DNA of 64,000 nt from Muribaculaceae bacterium (GTDB lineage: Bacteria; Bacteroidota; Bacteroidia; Bacteroidales; Muribaculaceae). The first letter of the stretch is position 1. Every line of letters begins with the position of its first letter. The translations under genes and the position numbers were made by a program. Shown piece after piece: positions 17,688 to 26,752 of this stretch. The DNA lies in contig JAFVCX010000137.1 of the NCBI GenBank assembly GCA_017478855.1, forward strand, positions 16,162-80,161, read 5' to 3'. Below the pieces are notes generated by a model. The model saw only the letters and a list, made by a program, of their open reading frames with translations, did not search any database and was not told the origin of the DNA.

Positions 17688-18512
17688 TCACTTGAGTGGA
17701 ATGACATAAGTGGAATGGTCGGAAAAATTGTCACGGGCCAATTCTGCCACATTGGCATCATCAAAAATACCGAAGATGGTGGAGCCAGTTCCCGACATGG
17801 CGGCATATTGCGCGCCGGCCTCGAGCAGGGCGATTTTGATGCGCCACAGCAGAGGCAATCGGGCAAAAACCGACGGTTCAAAGTCGTTTTTGAGCCTGCC
17901 GTCCCATAGCTCGATGGGTGAGGCAATGATGGCCGGCAGCGGCTCGATGGGCCGGCTGGGTGTGATATGCGCAAAGGCCTCGGGGGTCGATACAGATGCT
18001 TCGGGCTTGACAAGCAAGAGCGTTTTCCCGCCCAGAGGCACGTCGATGGGCGTGAGCACATCGCCTATGCCAGTGACCAGCATGGGGCGATGATGAATGA
18101 AAAAAGCGCAGTCGGCACCAAGCCGGGTCGCCATGGCGGTTAATTGCTTATCGTCGGCGTCAAGGTCAAAAATGGTGCGAAGCAAGAGCAAAGTGTGTGC
18201 TGCGTCGCTCGAACCGCCTCCCAGACCGCCCCCATGTGGAATGTTCTTATAAAGATAAATGTCGACGGGCGGCAACCCGAAGTGCTCTTTCATAAGCCGA
18301 TAGGCTTTCAAGACCAAGTTGTTCTCCGGCGGACAATCCACATGGTTTCCATAGCAGGTGAGGGTCGTGTGTGAGCCTCGCGCCGGCACAATTTCGAGCA
18401 CGTCGGTGAGCGCGATGGGAAGAAACACACTTTCTATATTGTGATAGCCATCGTGGCGACGTTCCACCACGTTAAGGCCTAAATTTATTTTTGCGTAGGG
18501 AAAGGAAATCAT
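17688..18512 (-). CDS. ispE: 4-(cytidine 5'-diphospho)-2-C-methyl-D-erythritol kinase
   Basis: Contains AKINLGLNVVERRHDGYHNIESVF and the GHMP kinase motif PHGGGLGGGSSDAA. Start set at MISFPY, consistent with the promoter box at 18534..18541. Confidence 0.9.
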   Translation of the reverse strand: MISFPYAKINLGLNVVERRHDGYHNIESVFLPIALTDVLEIVPARGSHTTLTCYGNHVDCPPENNLVLKAYRLMKEHFGLPPVDIYLYKNIPHGGGLGGGSSDAAHTLLLLRTIFDLDADDKQLTAMATRLGADCAFFIHHRPMLVTGIGDVLTPIDVPLGGKTLLLVKPEASVSTPEAFAHITPSRPIEPLPAIIASPIELWDGRLKNDFEPSVFARLPLLWRIKIALLEAGAQYAAMSGTGSTIFGIFDDANVAELARDNFSDHSTYVIPLK

Positions 18513-18533
18513 CGAGTTTTTTGTTTTGCGCTG

Positions 18534-18541
18534 CAAAGTTA
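18534..18541 (-). promoter_or_regulatory. Candidate -7 promoter box (TAACTTTG on the minus strand)
   Basis: The plus strand reads CAAAGTTA, 22 nt upstream of the ispE ATG at 18512. Confidence 0.45.
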
Positions 18542-18736
18542 CAGCATCTGCCGCGTCACCGCAAATTTTGGGTAACAGAAATGAATGGGAGCCGGCGATG
18601 GGATGAAGTGCCCTTCCCTACACCTCACATGCTATTCTTGGAAGAGCGCGTTACCTACTCGTTGTTAGTTGTTTTGTGTGAGTGCGTGGAATGAAATTCA
18701 ATATTTTTGGCGATTTCCCGCATGAGGAAACGTAAG

Positions 18737-18744
18737 TAATTTTG
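18737..18744 (+). promoter_or_regulatory. Candidate -7 promoter box (TAATTTTG)
   Basis: Matches TAnnTTTG, 40 nt upstream of the ATG at 18784. Confidence 0.4.
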
Positions 18745-18783
18745 CCACTGAATGCAATCGAAATGATGAAAAATCCTATTTGT

Positions 18784-20094
18784 ATGAAACATAACATTTT
18801 AGCTATTTCTTTATGTGCCGCGCTGGCAGCATTGCCGCTGGGTGCGCAAAACGTGTTTGAGTCAACAGAAACCGCCCAAACGCAACAAACGACCGAGAGC
18901 AAACCGAGGCTCACCCTTGGCGGTTATGGTGAGGCGGTGGCGAGCCGCATGTTTTATAGCAACAACTACAAGCGTTACACCGACGCCACCTTATATAAGA
19001 ATGCACCGAGCTTCGGTCAAGTGGACTTGCCGCATGTGGTGTTTTTTGTGGGCTATGACTTCGGTCACGGCTGGACGCTGGGCAGTGAAATTGAATTTGA
19101 GCACGGCGGCACCGAGAGCGCCATTGAGATGGAGGAAGAGGAAGCCGGTGAATATGAATCGGAAATTGAGCGCGGTGGCGAGGTTGCATTGGAACAATTC
19201 TGGCTGCAAAAGTCTTTTTCGGAGAAAATCAACATTCGCGCCGGCCACATCATCGTGCCGGTGGGCGGCACCAACTATGGCCACATGCCTACGGAGTTCT
19301 TCACGGTGTATCGCCCTGAGGGCGAAAACACCATTCTGCCCTGCACGTGGCACGAAACCGGCGTGAGCCTGTGGGGCCGTGCCGGCAAGTGGCGCTATGA
19401 GGCCATGGTGCTTGCCGGCCTTGATGCCGACCGATTTAACAACAAAAACTGGATTCACGGTGGCAGCGGCAGTCCCTACGAATTCAAAATGGCAACGGCT
19501 CTTGCCGGCGCGGCACGCATCGACAACTACTCGGTGTCGGGCTTGCGATTGAGCGTGAGTGGCTATGTGGGCAATAGTGCCAACAACACGCTCAATGCCA
19601 CAGGCAAATATCAGGGCTTGCATGGCACGGTGGCCATCGGAGCATTTGATTTCCTTTATGACAATCACAATGTGGTGGCTCGTGGAAACTTTGATTATGG
19701 CCACTTGAGCAACTCGCTTGAAATCACCGCGGCCAACAAAGCCTCGCGCAAAGATTCGCCCTCGCCTAAAAACAGTGTGGCCGAGGCGGCCATCGCCATG
19801 GGCGTGGAGGCCGGCTATAATGCGGCGGCCCACATAGCGGCTTTGGCTGCGCGCGGGCAAAGGTTGTATCTCTTTGGTCGCTATGACTACTACGATTCCA
19901 TGTATAAGACGGTGGCCAGCATGGCCGACGAAACGATGTGGAGCCGCCAGAAGGTGACGCTCGGTTTCAACTATTATCCCATCAAGCAGATTGTGGTGAA
20001 GGGTGAGTGGAGCGACCGCATGTTCAAAAAGCAATACAATGATGAGCAGACCATTAGCTTGGGCATCGCTTATTATGGATTATTTAAGCTGTAA
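18784..20094 (+). CDS. Outer-membrane beta-barrel (porin-like) protein, first gene of the imelysin cluster
   Basis: Has a signal peptide (MKHNILAISLCAALAALPLGAQ), an alternating beta-strand pattern and a C-terminal ISLGIAYYGLFKL. No specific family was recognised. Confidence 0.5.
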   Translation: MKHNILAISLCAALAALPLGAQNVFESTETAQTQQTTESKPRLTLGGYGEAVASRMFYSNNYKRYTDATLYKNAPSFGQVDLPHVVFFVGYDFGHGWTLGSEIEFEHGGTESAIEMEEEEAGEYESEIERGGEVALEQFWLQKSFSEKINIRAGHIIVPVGGTNYGHMPTEFFTVYRPEGENTILPCTWHETGVSLWGRAGKWRYEAMVLAGLDADRFNNKNWIHGGSGSPYEFKMATALAGAARIDNYSVSGLRLSVSGYVGNSANNTLNATGKYQGLHGTVAIGAFDFLYDNHNVVARGNFDYGHLSNSLEITAANKASRKDSPSPKNSVAEAAIAMGVEAGYNAAAHIAALAARGQRLYLFGRYDYYDSMYKTVASMADETMWSRQKVTLGFNYYPIKQIVVKGEWSDRMFKKQYNDEQTISLGIAYYGLFKL

Positions 20095-20127
20095 AAAAAC
20101 GTATTTAATTTTATAATTTCAACAACA

Positions 20128-21267
20128 ATGAAACTCAACAATTTGATGAAAAAAAGTGCCATGCTGCTGTGCATGGGTTTGATGATGACCGCTTGTGGAG
20201 GCGATGACCCCGATCCCAGCCCCCTTGACTCGAGCAAGACCGCTATCTTGACGCAATATGTGAACGGCGTAGTGGTACCGACATATAAGTCGCTGGCCGA
20301 CAACGCCATTCAACTGAGTGATATTTGTGCCGACCTGCGCAAAAATCCTTCGCAAGAACTGGTGAACCAAGCGTGCGCCAAGTGGATTGAAGCTCGTAAA
20401 TATTGGGAGTTGAGCGAGGCCTTCCTGTATGGTGCCGCTGCCGACTACAATATTGACCCCCACATCGATTCTTGGCCGCTGCAAAAGAGTAATCTGGATA
20501 ACGTGCTTGCCAACGAGAGCCTGATGGCAGAGCTTGACGAGGATGGTGCCGCTGCCGACGGTTTCAGTACGTTGGGCTATGGTTTGCTGGGCTTCCATGC
20601 GGTGGAATATGTGCTCTTTAGAGATGGCGCACCCCGCAGTGTGGGCGATATCAGCGAGAAGGAACTGATCTATAACGCGGCAGTGGCCGAAGACCTCGCC
20701 AATCAAACCGTGCGACTTGAGGCCGCATGGGCCGGACTTGACAGAGTGACGGCTGCCAAGAGAAAAATGCTGGAGGATGCTGAGTTGGAGCCCACCACCA
20801 ACTATGGCGAGCAGATGATTCAAGCAGGATATGCCGGCAATGTGAACTACAAAACGCAGATCGACGCTATGGTGCAGATCTTGCAAGGCGCGAGCGACAT
20901 CAGTGATGAGGTGGGCAACACGAAGATTACCGACCCCATCAACTCGGGCAATGTGCTGGATGTGGAGTCGTGGTATAGCTGGAACTCTATTGCTGACTTT
21001 ACCGACAACGTGCGCAGTGTGCGCAATGCCTATTATGGCAGCCTCGACGGCAAAGTGAATTCTAACTCGCTGGCCGCCTATTGCGCCCGCAACCACGCAG
21101 CTCTCGACTCCCAAGTGCGCGAAGCGATTGAGCATGCCATCACCACGGTGGCCGCTATGCCCGCCCCCTTCCGCAATCACCTGACTCTTGCCGAGAATCA
21201 GAGTGCCATCGCGGCCTGCAATGAACTCATGGCGGCTCTCGACGATGTGATTGAGGCCATGCAGTGA
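20128..21267 (+). CDS. Imelysin (peptidase M75-like / IrpA-like) lipoprotein
   Basis: Has a lipobox (LMMTAC). Contains the GFHAVEYVLF (HxxE) motif, SWPLQKSNLDNVL and SWYSWNS blocks typical of imelysins. Confidence 0.75.
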   Translation: MKLNNLMKKSAMLLCMGLMMTACGGDDPDPSPLDSSKTAILTQYVNGVVVPTYKSLADNAIQLSDICADLRKNPSQELVNQACAKWIEARKYWELSEAFLYGAAADYNIDPHIDSWPLQKSNLDNVLANESLMAELDEDGAAADGFSTLGYGLLGFHAVEYVLFRDGAPRSVGDISEKELIYNAAVAEDLANQTVRLEAAWAGLDRVTAAKRKMLEDAELEPTTNYGEQMIQAGYAGNVNYKTQIDAMVQILQGASDISDEVGNTKITDPINSGNVLDVESWYSWNSIADFTDNVRSVRNAYYGSLDGKVNSNSLAAYCARNHAALDSQVREAIEHAITTVAAMPAPFRNHLTLAENQSAIAACNELMAALDDVIEAMQ

Positions 21268-21375
21268 CGATGGGTTGATATAGGATATGTTTTTTTGATA
21301 CGCTCTTCTTGATGAGGCACTTCCATCGGTTTGTGATGGGAGTTGCCTCATTAGTGGGCTTAATATGACACAGAA

Positions 21376-22947
21376 ATGAGAAAACAGTTTTTGATATTCG
21401 CAACGCTCCTCACCACAGCGGCCTTCACCGCTTGTGAAGGGCATCATCATGGAGGAGAGGAACCCGACAAAGAACTTCCTGAAGAATATTATAGCGGTGG
21501 CCGGCTGGGCACCACGAGCAACACCACCTCCTCGTGCTTTGAGCAATTCACTCCGGCGGTGGAAGAGGCCGGACTTGTGGCAAACTTTAAGCGTGGCGAG
21601 CGTCGATTTGAAGTGGCACACGCCACCGAGAAAAGCGATGGACTTACCTATTATGGATTGGGCCCCCTCTATAATCGCACGGCTTGCATCGCCTGCCACC
21701 CGGGCTATGGGCATGGCCAGCGCATCACTCGCTATAACAGTGAGGAGTATGGCAATGGTTGCTTGATTATTGTGACCGATAAAGATGGCAATATAGCCTC
21801 ATCGCTGGGCTTGGTGCCGCAAACGGTGGCTTTGCCTCCCTTTAAGCCCATGATTGATGAGCGCAAACTCACCGTGACATGGCTTAATTATACCGACGAG
21901 TGGGGCAACCGTTTTGCCGATGGAGAAACCTATGAGTTGATTTATCCGGAAATAACGATTCCTGAAGACGGTTTCTACTCGCCGCTGGAGGTGAATGGCA
22001 AGCCGCTGGCCCTTGCTGATGCCGTCATCACTTTTGAGTCGACGATTGGCATTTATGGCACGGGACTGCTGGATGCCATCAGCGATGACGACCTGCGGGC
22101 ACAATACTTGGCCGAGGCACCCTATGTGACTCTGAACCCCGCGATTTGGAATGGCGCGACTTGGGCTGCGACCGGTGTGGATGCCGACGGGCATCCCATG
22201 CGGTTTGATTATGCGTGCGATTTCACAAAACTTCAGGCCAACACCAGTTTGTGGGAGGTGACCAATATCATCACCCCCATGTTCCGCTATCTGTACATTC
22301 CCGAAGCCTATGCTCGCACGGCCAGCCAAGATGCCGACGTGCAGGCAAAATTTTATCAGTATTACCCGCAATGGAACAAAACGGGTAATGTGCAAACCGA
22401 TATTTATAACTTCCTCACCAGCAAAGAACAAGAGGTGGAAATGGATGCCAACGCGTGTTATGACCTGATGGTGTGGATGCGTGGCCTCGCCGTGCCGGCG
22501 GCCCGCAACGTGAAAGATGAGGACTTCAAGCGTGGCAAGAAGCTTTTCACTGAAATAGGTTGTGCCACTTGCCATCGTCCGAGCTGGACTACTGGCGACG
22601 ATGTGGTGGTGGATTCCTATGGATTGACCAATGGCGGCCAGAAAGCCATGCCGCGCTATCCTCATCAGAAAATTTGGCCCTACACCGACTTGGTGCAACA
22701 TCGCCTGATGATGAAAAATGACATTCGCACAGGCTGGTGCCGCACCACGCCCCTGTGGGGTAGAGGCTTGAATGAAAAAGCCACCGGTCATGCCGATCGA
22801 CTGCATGACTGCCGTGCCCGCAATGTGATTGAGGCAATTATGTGGCATGGCGCTTCAAACAGCGATGCCCGTGGCTCGGTGGAGAACTTCCGCAAACTGA
22901 ATAAGAGTGACCGCGACGCAGTGGTGAAATTCATTAATTCCATTTGA
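21376..22947 (+). CDS. Di-haem cytochrome c family protein (DUF1111 / thiol oxidoreductase-like) lipoprotein
   Basis: Has a lipobox (AAFTAC). Two CxxCH haem-binding motifs are present (CIACHPGYGHG and CATCHRPSW). Architecture is typical of DUF1111 partners of imelysins. Confidence 0.8.
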   Translation: MRKQFLIFATLLTTAAFTACEGHHHGGEEPDKELPEEYYSGGRLGTTSNTTSSCFEQFTPAVEEAGLVANFKRGERRFEVAHATEKSDGLTYYGLGPLYNRTACIACHPGYGHGQRITRYNSEEYGNGCLIIVTDKDGNIASSLGLVPQTVALPPFKPMIDERKLTVTWLNYTDEWGNRFADGETYELIYPEITIPEDGFYSPLEVNGKPLALADAVITFESTIGIYGTGLLDAISDDDLRAQYLAEAPYVTLNPAIWNGATWAATGVDADGHPMRFDYACDFTKLQANTSLWEVTNIITPMFRYLYIPEAYARTASQDADVQAKFYQYYPQWNKTGNVQTDIYNFLTSKEQEVEMDANACYDLMVWMRGLAVPAARNVKDEDFKRGKKLFTEIGCATCHRPSWTTGDDVVVDSYGLTNGGQKAMPRYPHQKIWPYTDLVQHRLMMKNDIRTGWCRTTPLWGRGLNEKATGHADRLHDCRARNVIEAIMWHGASNSDARGSVENFRKLNKSDRDAVVKFINSI

Positions 22948-22970
22948 CGGGTTGGCCTTGTGGCATAAAG

Positions 22971-25172
22971 ATGAACGCAAAACAAATCTCTTTTGGATTG
23001 TTGCTTGTGATGGTGGTTGTGCTTGCCGTGGCCACCATCATTGAGCACCTATATGGCACGGCAGCCGGCAGTGCCATATATCACTCATGGCCTTTTGTGG
23101 GGCTGTGGATGAGCATTGCCTTGACCGGCTCGTGGGCAATGTGGCGGTCGCGCCTGCATCGCCGGCCACCGGTGCTCATGCTGCATGTGGCTTTGCTGCT
23201 CATCTTGGTGGGGGCTGCTATCACGCATTTCACCAGCGAAAACGGAAAATTGCAGCTCGCAGCGCACGAAAGCGCCCACTCGTTTGTCGATACGTGTGGA
23301 GTGGAACATTTTTTTCCATTTGAGATAACCCTAAGGCGATTTGACATTCAGTATTATGCAGGCACGCCTGCACCGATGGACTTTGTGAGCGAAGTCATCA
23401 TCACTTTTCCCGATGGGAAAAAGATGGAATCGAGTGTGAGAATGAACAAAGTGGTGTCGTGCAGAGGCTATCGTTTCTATCAGTCGGGATTTGATGCCGA
23501 TGGAGGAGGCACCATTCTTGCAGTGGCTCACGATCCGTGGGGCATCGCGGTGACCTATTGCGGTTACGCCTTGTTGTTTTTGGGCATGGTGGCAACTCTG
23601 ATGAGCCGAGGAAGTGTGTTGCGGCGCATGCTGCGCTCGCCGGTTTTGCGGGTGGGAGCAGTGACGCTGGCGGCGGCAGTCGCCTTTCAGAGCTATGCGG
23701 GCGAGCCCCGCACGGTATCGCGCGAGGTGGCGCGCCGCATGGGCGATTTGTATGTGCTGCACAACAATCGCATTTGTCCGCTGCAAACGCAGGCGTGTGA
23801 TTTCATCACAAAATTATATGGAAAATCGTCCTATCGAGAACTCTCAGCCGAGCAGGTACTATCGGGCTGGCTCTTCTATTTTGATGATTGGAAACAAGAA
23901 CCGGTCATTAAAGTGAAAAGTGCGCGTGTGCGCCGGCTGCTGGAGGCCGAGGGACGCTATGTGCCGCTGACGCAGTTTGCCGATTCCCATAACGGATATA
24001 GACTCGACACCTTGTTGCGCAAAGTGTATGCCGGAGAAGAGAAAAGCGATGTGCGAGGCATTTTGGAGGCCGACGAGAAATATGAGCTGGCCATGCTCAC
24101 GGCTTCGGCCCGTAACTTGAAATTATTGCCCCTTCGCTATCATGGCAGCCTTGAATGGTTTGAACCGGCGTCGCTCGACGTGCCGACCGACATTCCCGAC
24201 GAACAATGGGCATTTATGCGCAATGGACTGGGCTATTTGTGTGAGCTGGTGGCGATGGGTGATAACGAGGGTGCTCTGGCGTTTATTGACGCGCTGCGCC
24301 GCTATCAAGAAAGAGAATTGGGCACCGCGGCTCCGAGTGTGGTGGCTTTTCGAGCCGAGAAGGCCTATAATCGGGCAGTGCCCTACGTGTCGCTGGTGGC
24401 CATGCTGCTGGTGACCCTCGGCATTCTGCTTATGGCGGTGACGGCGCGGCAGCTGGCACAAAAAAAGGCATTGCCGCGATGGTGCCTCGGCACCGGTGTG
24501 GTGGTGGCGTGCGCAGTGGCGAGCTATGTGCTGCTGTGCTTTGTCTTGCGGTGGGTGGTGAGCGGCCATGTTCCATTGAGCAATGGGTTTGAAACGATGC
24601 AATTTCTGGCTCTTGTGGCCTTACTGGCAACCGTGGCGCTGATGCGTCGTTGGCCTTCGATGCTGGCTTTTGGTTTGCTGCTCGCGGGGTTGTCGCTCAT
24701 GGTGTCGTGGTTCGGTCAGGCCAATCCGGCCATTACACCGCTCATGCCTGTGCTGCACTCTCCATTGCTGAGCCTGCACGTGGTGCTAATCATGCTGGCC
24801 TATGCGCTATTGGCATTTATGATGCTGAACGGCATCATGGCTTTTTGCGTGAGAAAACAGAGGGCGCAGGTTGCTCGTCTGCAAGTGATGAGCCTCGCCA
24901 TGCTCGAACCGGCTGTGGCGCTGCTGGCGGCGGGCATCTTCATAGGTGCCGTGTGGGCCAACGTGTCGTGGGGCACATATTGGAGCTGGGATCCCAAAGA
25001 AGTGTGGGCTCTCATCACTCTCATCATTTACGCCTTGCCTTTGCACCATGCCCGATGGCTTAGTGGCCATCCGCTGCGCTTTCATGCGTATGCCGTGTTG
25101 GCTTTCACGAGTGTGCTCATCACTTATTTTGGGGTGAATTTTGTGCTTGGCGGCATGCACAGCTATGCCTAA
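22971..25172 (+). CDS. ccsBA: Fused System II cytochrome c biogenesis protein CcsBA (ResB-like + CcsA/ResC-like)
   Basis: The N-terminal half is ResB-like (FDIQYYAGTPAPMDFVSEVII..VRMNKVVSCRGYRFYQSGF). The C-terminal half is multi-TM with the WWD motif WANVSWGTYWSWDPKEVWALI. Confidence 0.85.
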   Translation: MNAKQISFGLLLVMVVVLAVATIIEHLYGTAAGSAIYHSWPFVGLWMSIALTGSWAMWRSRLHRRPPVLMLHVALLLILVGAAITHFTSENGKLQLAAHESAHSFVDTCGVEHFFPFEITLRRFDIQYYAGTPAPMDFVSEVIITFPDGKKMESSVRMNKVVSCRGYRFYQSGFDADGGGTILAVAHDPWGIAVTYCGYALLFLGMVATLMSRGSVLRRMLRSPVLRVGAVTLAAAVAFQSYAGEPRTVSREVARRMGDLYVLHNNRICPLQTQACDFITKLYGKSSYRELSAEQVLSGWLFYFDDWKQEPVIKVKSARVRRLLEAEGRYVPLTQFADSHNGYRLDTLLRKVYAGEEKSDVRGILEADEKYELAMLTASARNLKLLPLRYHGSLEWFEPASLDVPTDIPDEQWAFMRNGLGYLCELVAMGDNEGALAFIDALRRYQERELGTAAPSVVAFRAEKAYNRAVPYVSLVAMLLVTLGILLMAVTARQLAQKKALPRWCLGTGVVVACAVASYVLLCFVLRWVVSGHVPLSNGFETMQFLALVALLATVALMRRWPSMLAFGLLLAGLSLMVSWFGQANPAITPLMPVLHSPLLSLHVVLIMLAYALLAFMMLNGIMAFCVRKQRAQVARLQVMSLAMLEPAVALLAAGIFIGAVWANVSWGTYWSWDPKEVWALITLIIYALPLHHARWLSGHPLRFHAYAVLAFTSVLITYFGVNFVLGGMHSYA

Positions 25173-25253
25173 CAAAAGGGATGCGAGAAAGGTCAAAATC
25201 GCTTGATGAGGGGATTGTAGTGGAGATGAAATACACCTAAATTTGCATAGACA

Positions 25254-25868
25254 ATGAAGGATGAATTGAAACAAACCCATATTGTGGTGGCCGATAACTC
25301 GGCCGTGGTGCGCAGTGGCATGGCCATGCTGTTGCAGCATGACGGCTTGCAGGTGTGCGAGTGCGAGAACACCCAGCGGCTGCGCGCACTCATGGCCGAA
25401 CAAAGCCCCGATATGGTGCTTGTGAACCCATTGCTTGTGAATGTTGTCGAATTGCGACAACTTCGCGCTGTTTATGGCGACTGCCGATGGATAGCGCTGC
25501 TCACGTCGGCCATCGGCAGCAGCATCATGAGCATGTTTGACGGTCAGGTGTCGATTTATGATTCGGCCGATGAGATTAGGCGGAAGTTGATGAGTGAGGC
25601 CGCGCCTCGCCGCAAGATGACTGAAAGCGACGCCGCCTCGCAGCTCGATGCTTTGAGCGAGCGGGAGCGTGAGGTGGTGGTGTGTGCCGTGCGGGGAATG
25701 ACCAACCGCGACATTGCCCAGCGACTTGGGCTGTCGATCCACACGGTGATTTCACATCGTCGCAACATCAACCACAAACTCCAAATCCACACCCCTTCGG
25801 GACTGACCATTTTTGCCCTGAAAACCCGTCTTGTGAATTTGGCCGACCTGTCGCCGCTCCATCATTGA
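25254..25868 (+). CDS. LuxR/FixJ-type transcriptional regulator with an atypical receiver-like N-terminal domain
   Basis: Has a C-terminal HTH (LSEREREVVVCAVRGMTNRDIAQRLGLSIHTVISHRRNINHKL). The N-terminus is REC-like, but PDMVLVNP has Asn where the phospho-acceptor Asp is expected. Confidence 0.7.
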   Translation: MKDELKQTHIVVADNSAVVRSGMAMLLQHDGLQVCECENTQRLRALMAEQSPDMVLVNPLLVNVVELRQLRAVYGDCRWIALLTSAIGSSIMSMFDGQVSIYDSADEIRRKLMSEAAPRRKMTESDAASQLDALSEREREVVVCAVRGMTNRDIAQRLGLSIHTVISHRRNINHKLQIHTPSGLTIFALKTRLVNLADLSPLHH

Positions 25869-25895
25869 TTTTCCCTGAAAAGGGACAATAAAAAA

Positions 25896-25929
25896 GCCGC
25901 TCTCGATTCACATCGTCGCGGCAATTTTT
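25896..25929 (+). terminator. Terminator candidate after the LuxR-type gene
   Basis: An imperfect hairpin GCCGC-TCT-CGAT-TCAC-ATCG-TC-GCGGC followed by AATTTTT. Confidence 0.45.
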
Positions 25930-26106
25930 CCGTTTACTACTATTAGAAGTGGCTACGTAATGTCAACTAATAACTAATTCACTTTATCTTTATGAGAGTT
26001 GAAAATCTCTCCTGTAATCACAATGCAAAATTACGCTGACATGAGAGCCCCAGCAATAGCCTTATTTTGGTATTTTCTTCAAAAAAAGTTCACCATTTGT
26101 AGGGAT

Positions 26107-26559
26107 TTAGTGGATTTCAATCACTTTTTGCTCCTTTTTCTGCTCTTCGGGCGTGTATTTTGGCAGTACCACGGTGAGTACGCCATGCTCAACCGAAGCG
26201 GTGATCTTTTCGCGATCCACATCCTCAGGCAAGAGCAGAGTCTGGTGGAATTTGGTGTAGGAGAACTCGCGGCGCAGATAGCGCTCAGCAAGCTTCTCTT
26301 CATTCTTGTTGTCGTGTGTGGCTTCAGTCTTCTTTTCGAGATCCACAACCAAGTTCTCATCTTCGTCGAGGGTGACTTTGAAGTCCTCGCGCGTCATGCC
26401 GGGAGCGGCCAGTTGCACATCATATTCGTTGTCTTTCTCAATCACGTTGATGGCAGGTGCCGTGCAGCTCATATTGTGCATGCGTGGAAACATGTCGGTG
26501 TCGAACAAGGTGTTGAACACTTCGGGAAGCCAGTTTTGATTTCTACGTGCTAAATACAT
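26107..26559 (-). CDS. Hsp20/alpha-crystallin family small heat-shock protein
   Basis: The alpha-crystallin domain is readable (PAINVIEKDNEYDVQLAAPGMTREDFKVTLDEDENLVV .. REFSYTKFHQTLLLPEDVDREKITASVEHGVLTVVLPK). Confidence 0.9.
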   Translation of the reverse strand: MYLARRNQNWLPEVFNTLFDTDMFPRMHNMSCTAPAINVIEKDNEYDVQLAAPGMTREDFKVTLDEDENLVVDLEKKTEATHDNKNEEKLAERYLRREFSYTKFHQTLLLPEDVDREKITASVEHGVLTVVLPKYTPEEQKKEQKVIEIH

Positions 26560-26567
26560 GATTATTT

Positions 26568-26573
26568 CCTCCT
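26568..26573 (-). promoter_or_regulatory. Strong Shine-Dalgarno sequence (AGGAGG) 8 nt upstream of the hsp20 ATG
   Basis: The minus strand reads TATAGGAGGAAATAATCATG. Confidence 0.6.
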
Positions 26574-26671
26574 ATAATTAATTTGTTATTTTGATTCCGT
26601 GTCGTTTGGTGAACGCTCAGTAGCGTTTCAACGTCCACTCGCATAGTTGCAAGCGCTGTGCCACCGGTGTG

Positions 26672-26724
26672 CAAGAAAAAGATTGCTGCCAAAATGGCTT
26701 ATGTGTAGCCATTTTGGCAGCAAT
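26672..26724 (-). terminator. Rho-independent terminator after the YidE/YbjL-type transporter gene
   Basis: A perfect 18-bp inverted repeat ATTGCTGCCAAAATGGCT / AGCCATTTTGGCAGCAAT with a 7-nt loop. On the minus strand it is followed by CTTTTTCTT. Confidence 0.8.
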
Positions 26725-26752
26725 GGCTGTCATATTGTCCTGTTTTTTTATC

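Noticed and set aside
20119-21714. A 531-aa minus-strand ORF spanning the imelysin gene and the start of the DUF1111 gene.
   Set aside because: It is antisense to two well-supported genes and crosses their intergenic spacer. The composition is low-complexity Arg/Gly/His and no family motif is present.
26611-26629. A small inverted repeat GAACGCT-CAGT-AGCGTT upstream of hsp20, considered as a CIRCE or ROSE-like heat-shock element.
   Set aside because: It does not match the CIRCE consensus (TTAGCACTC-N9-GAGTGCTAA). It is too far from the start codon and SD to act as a ROSE-type thermometer. A 6-bp stem can easily arise by chance.
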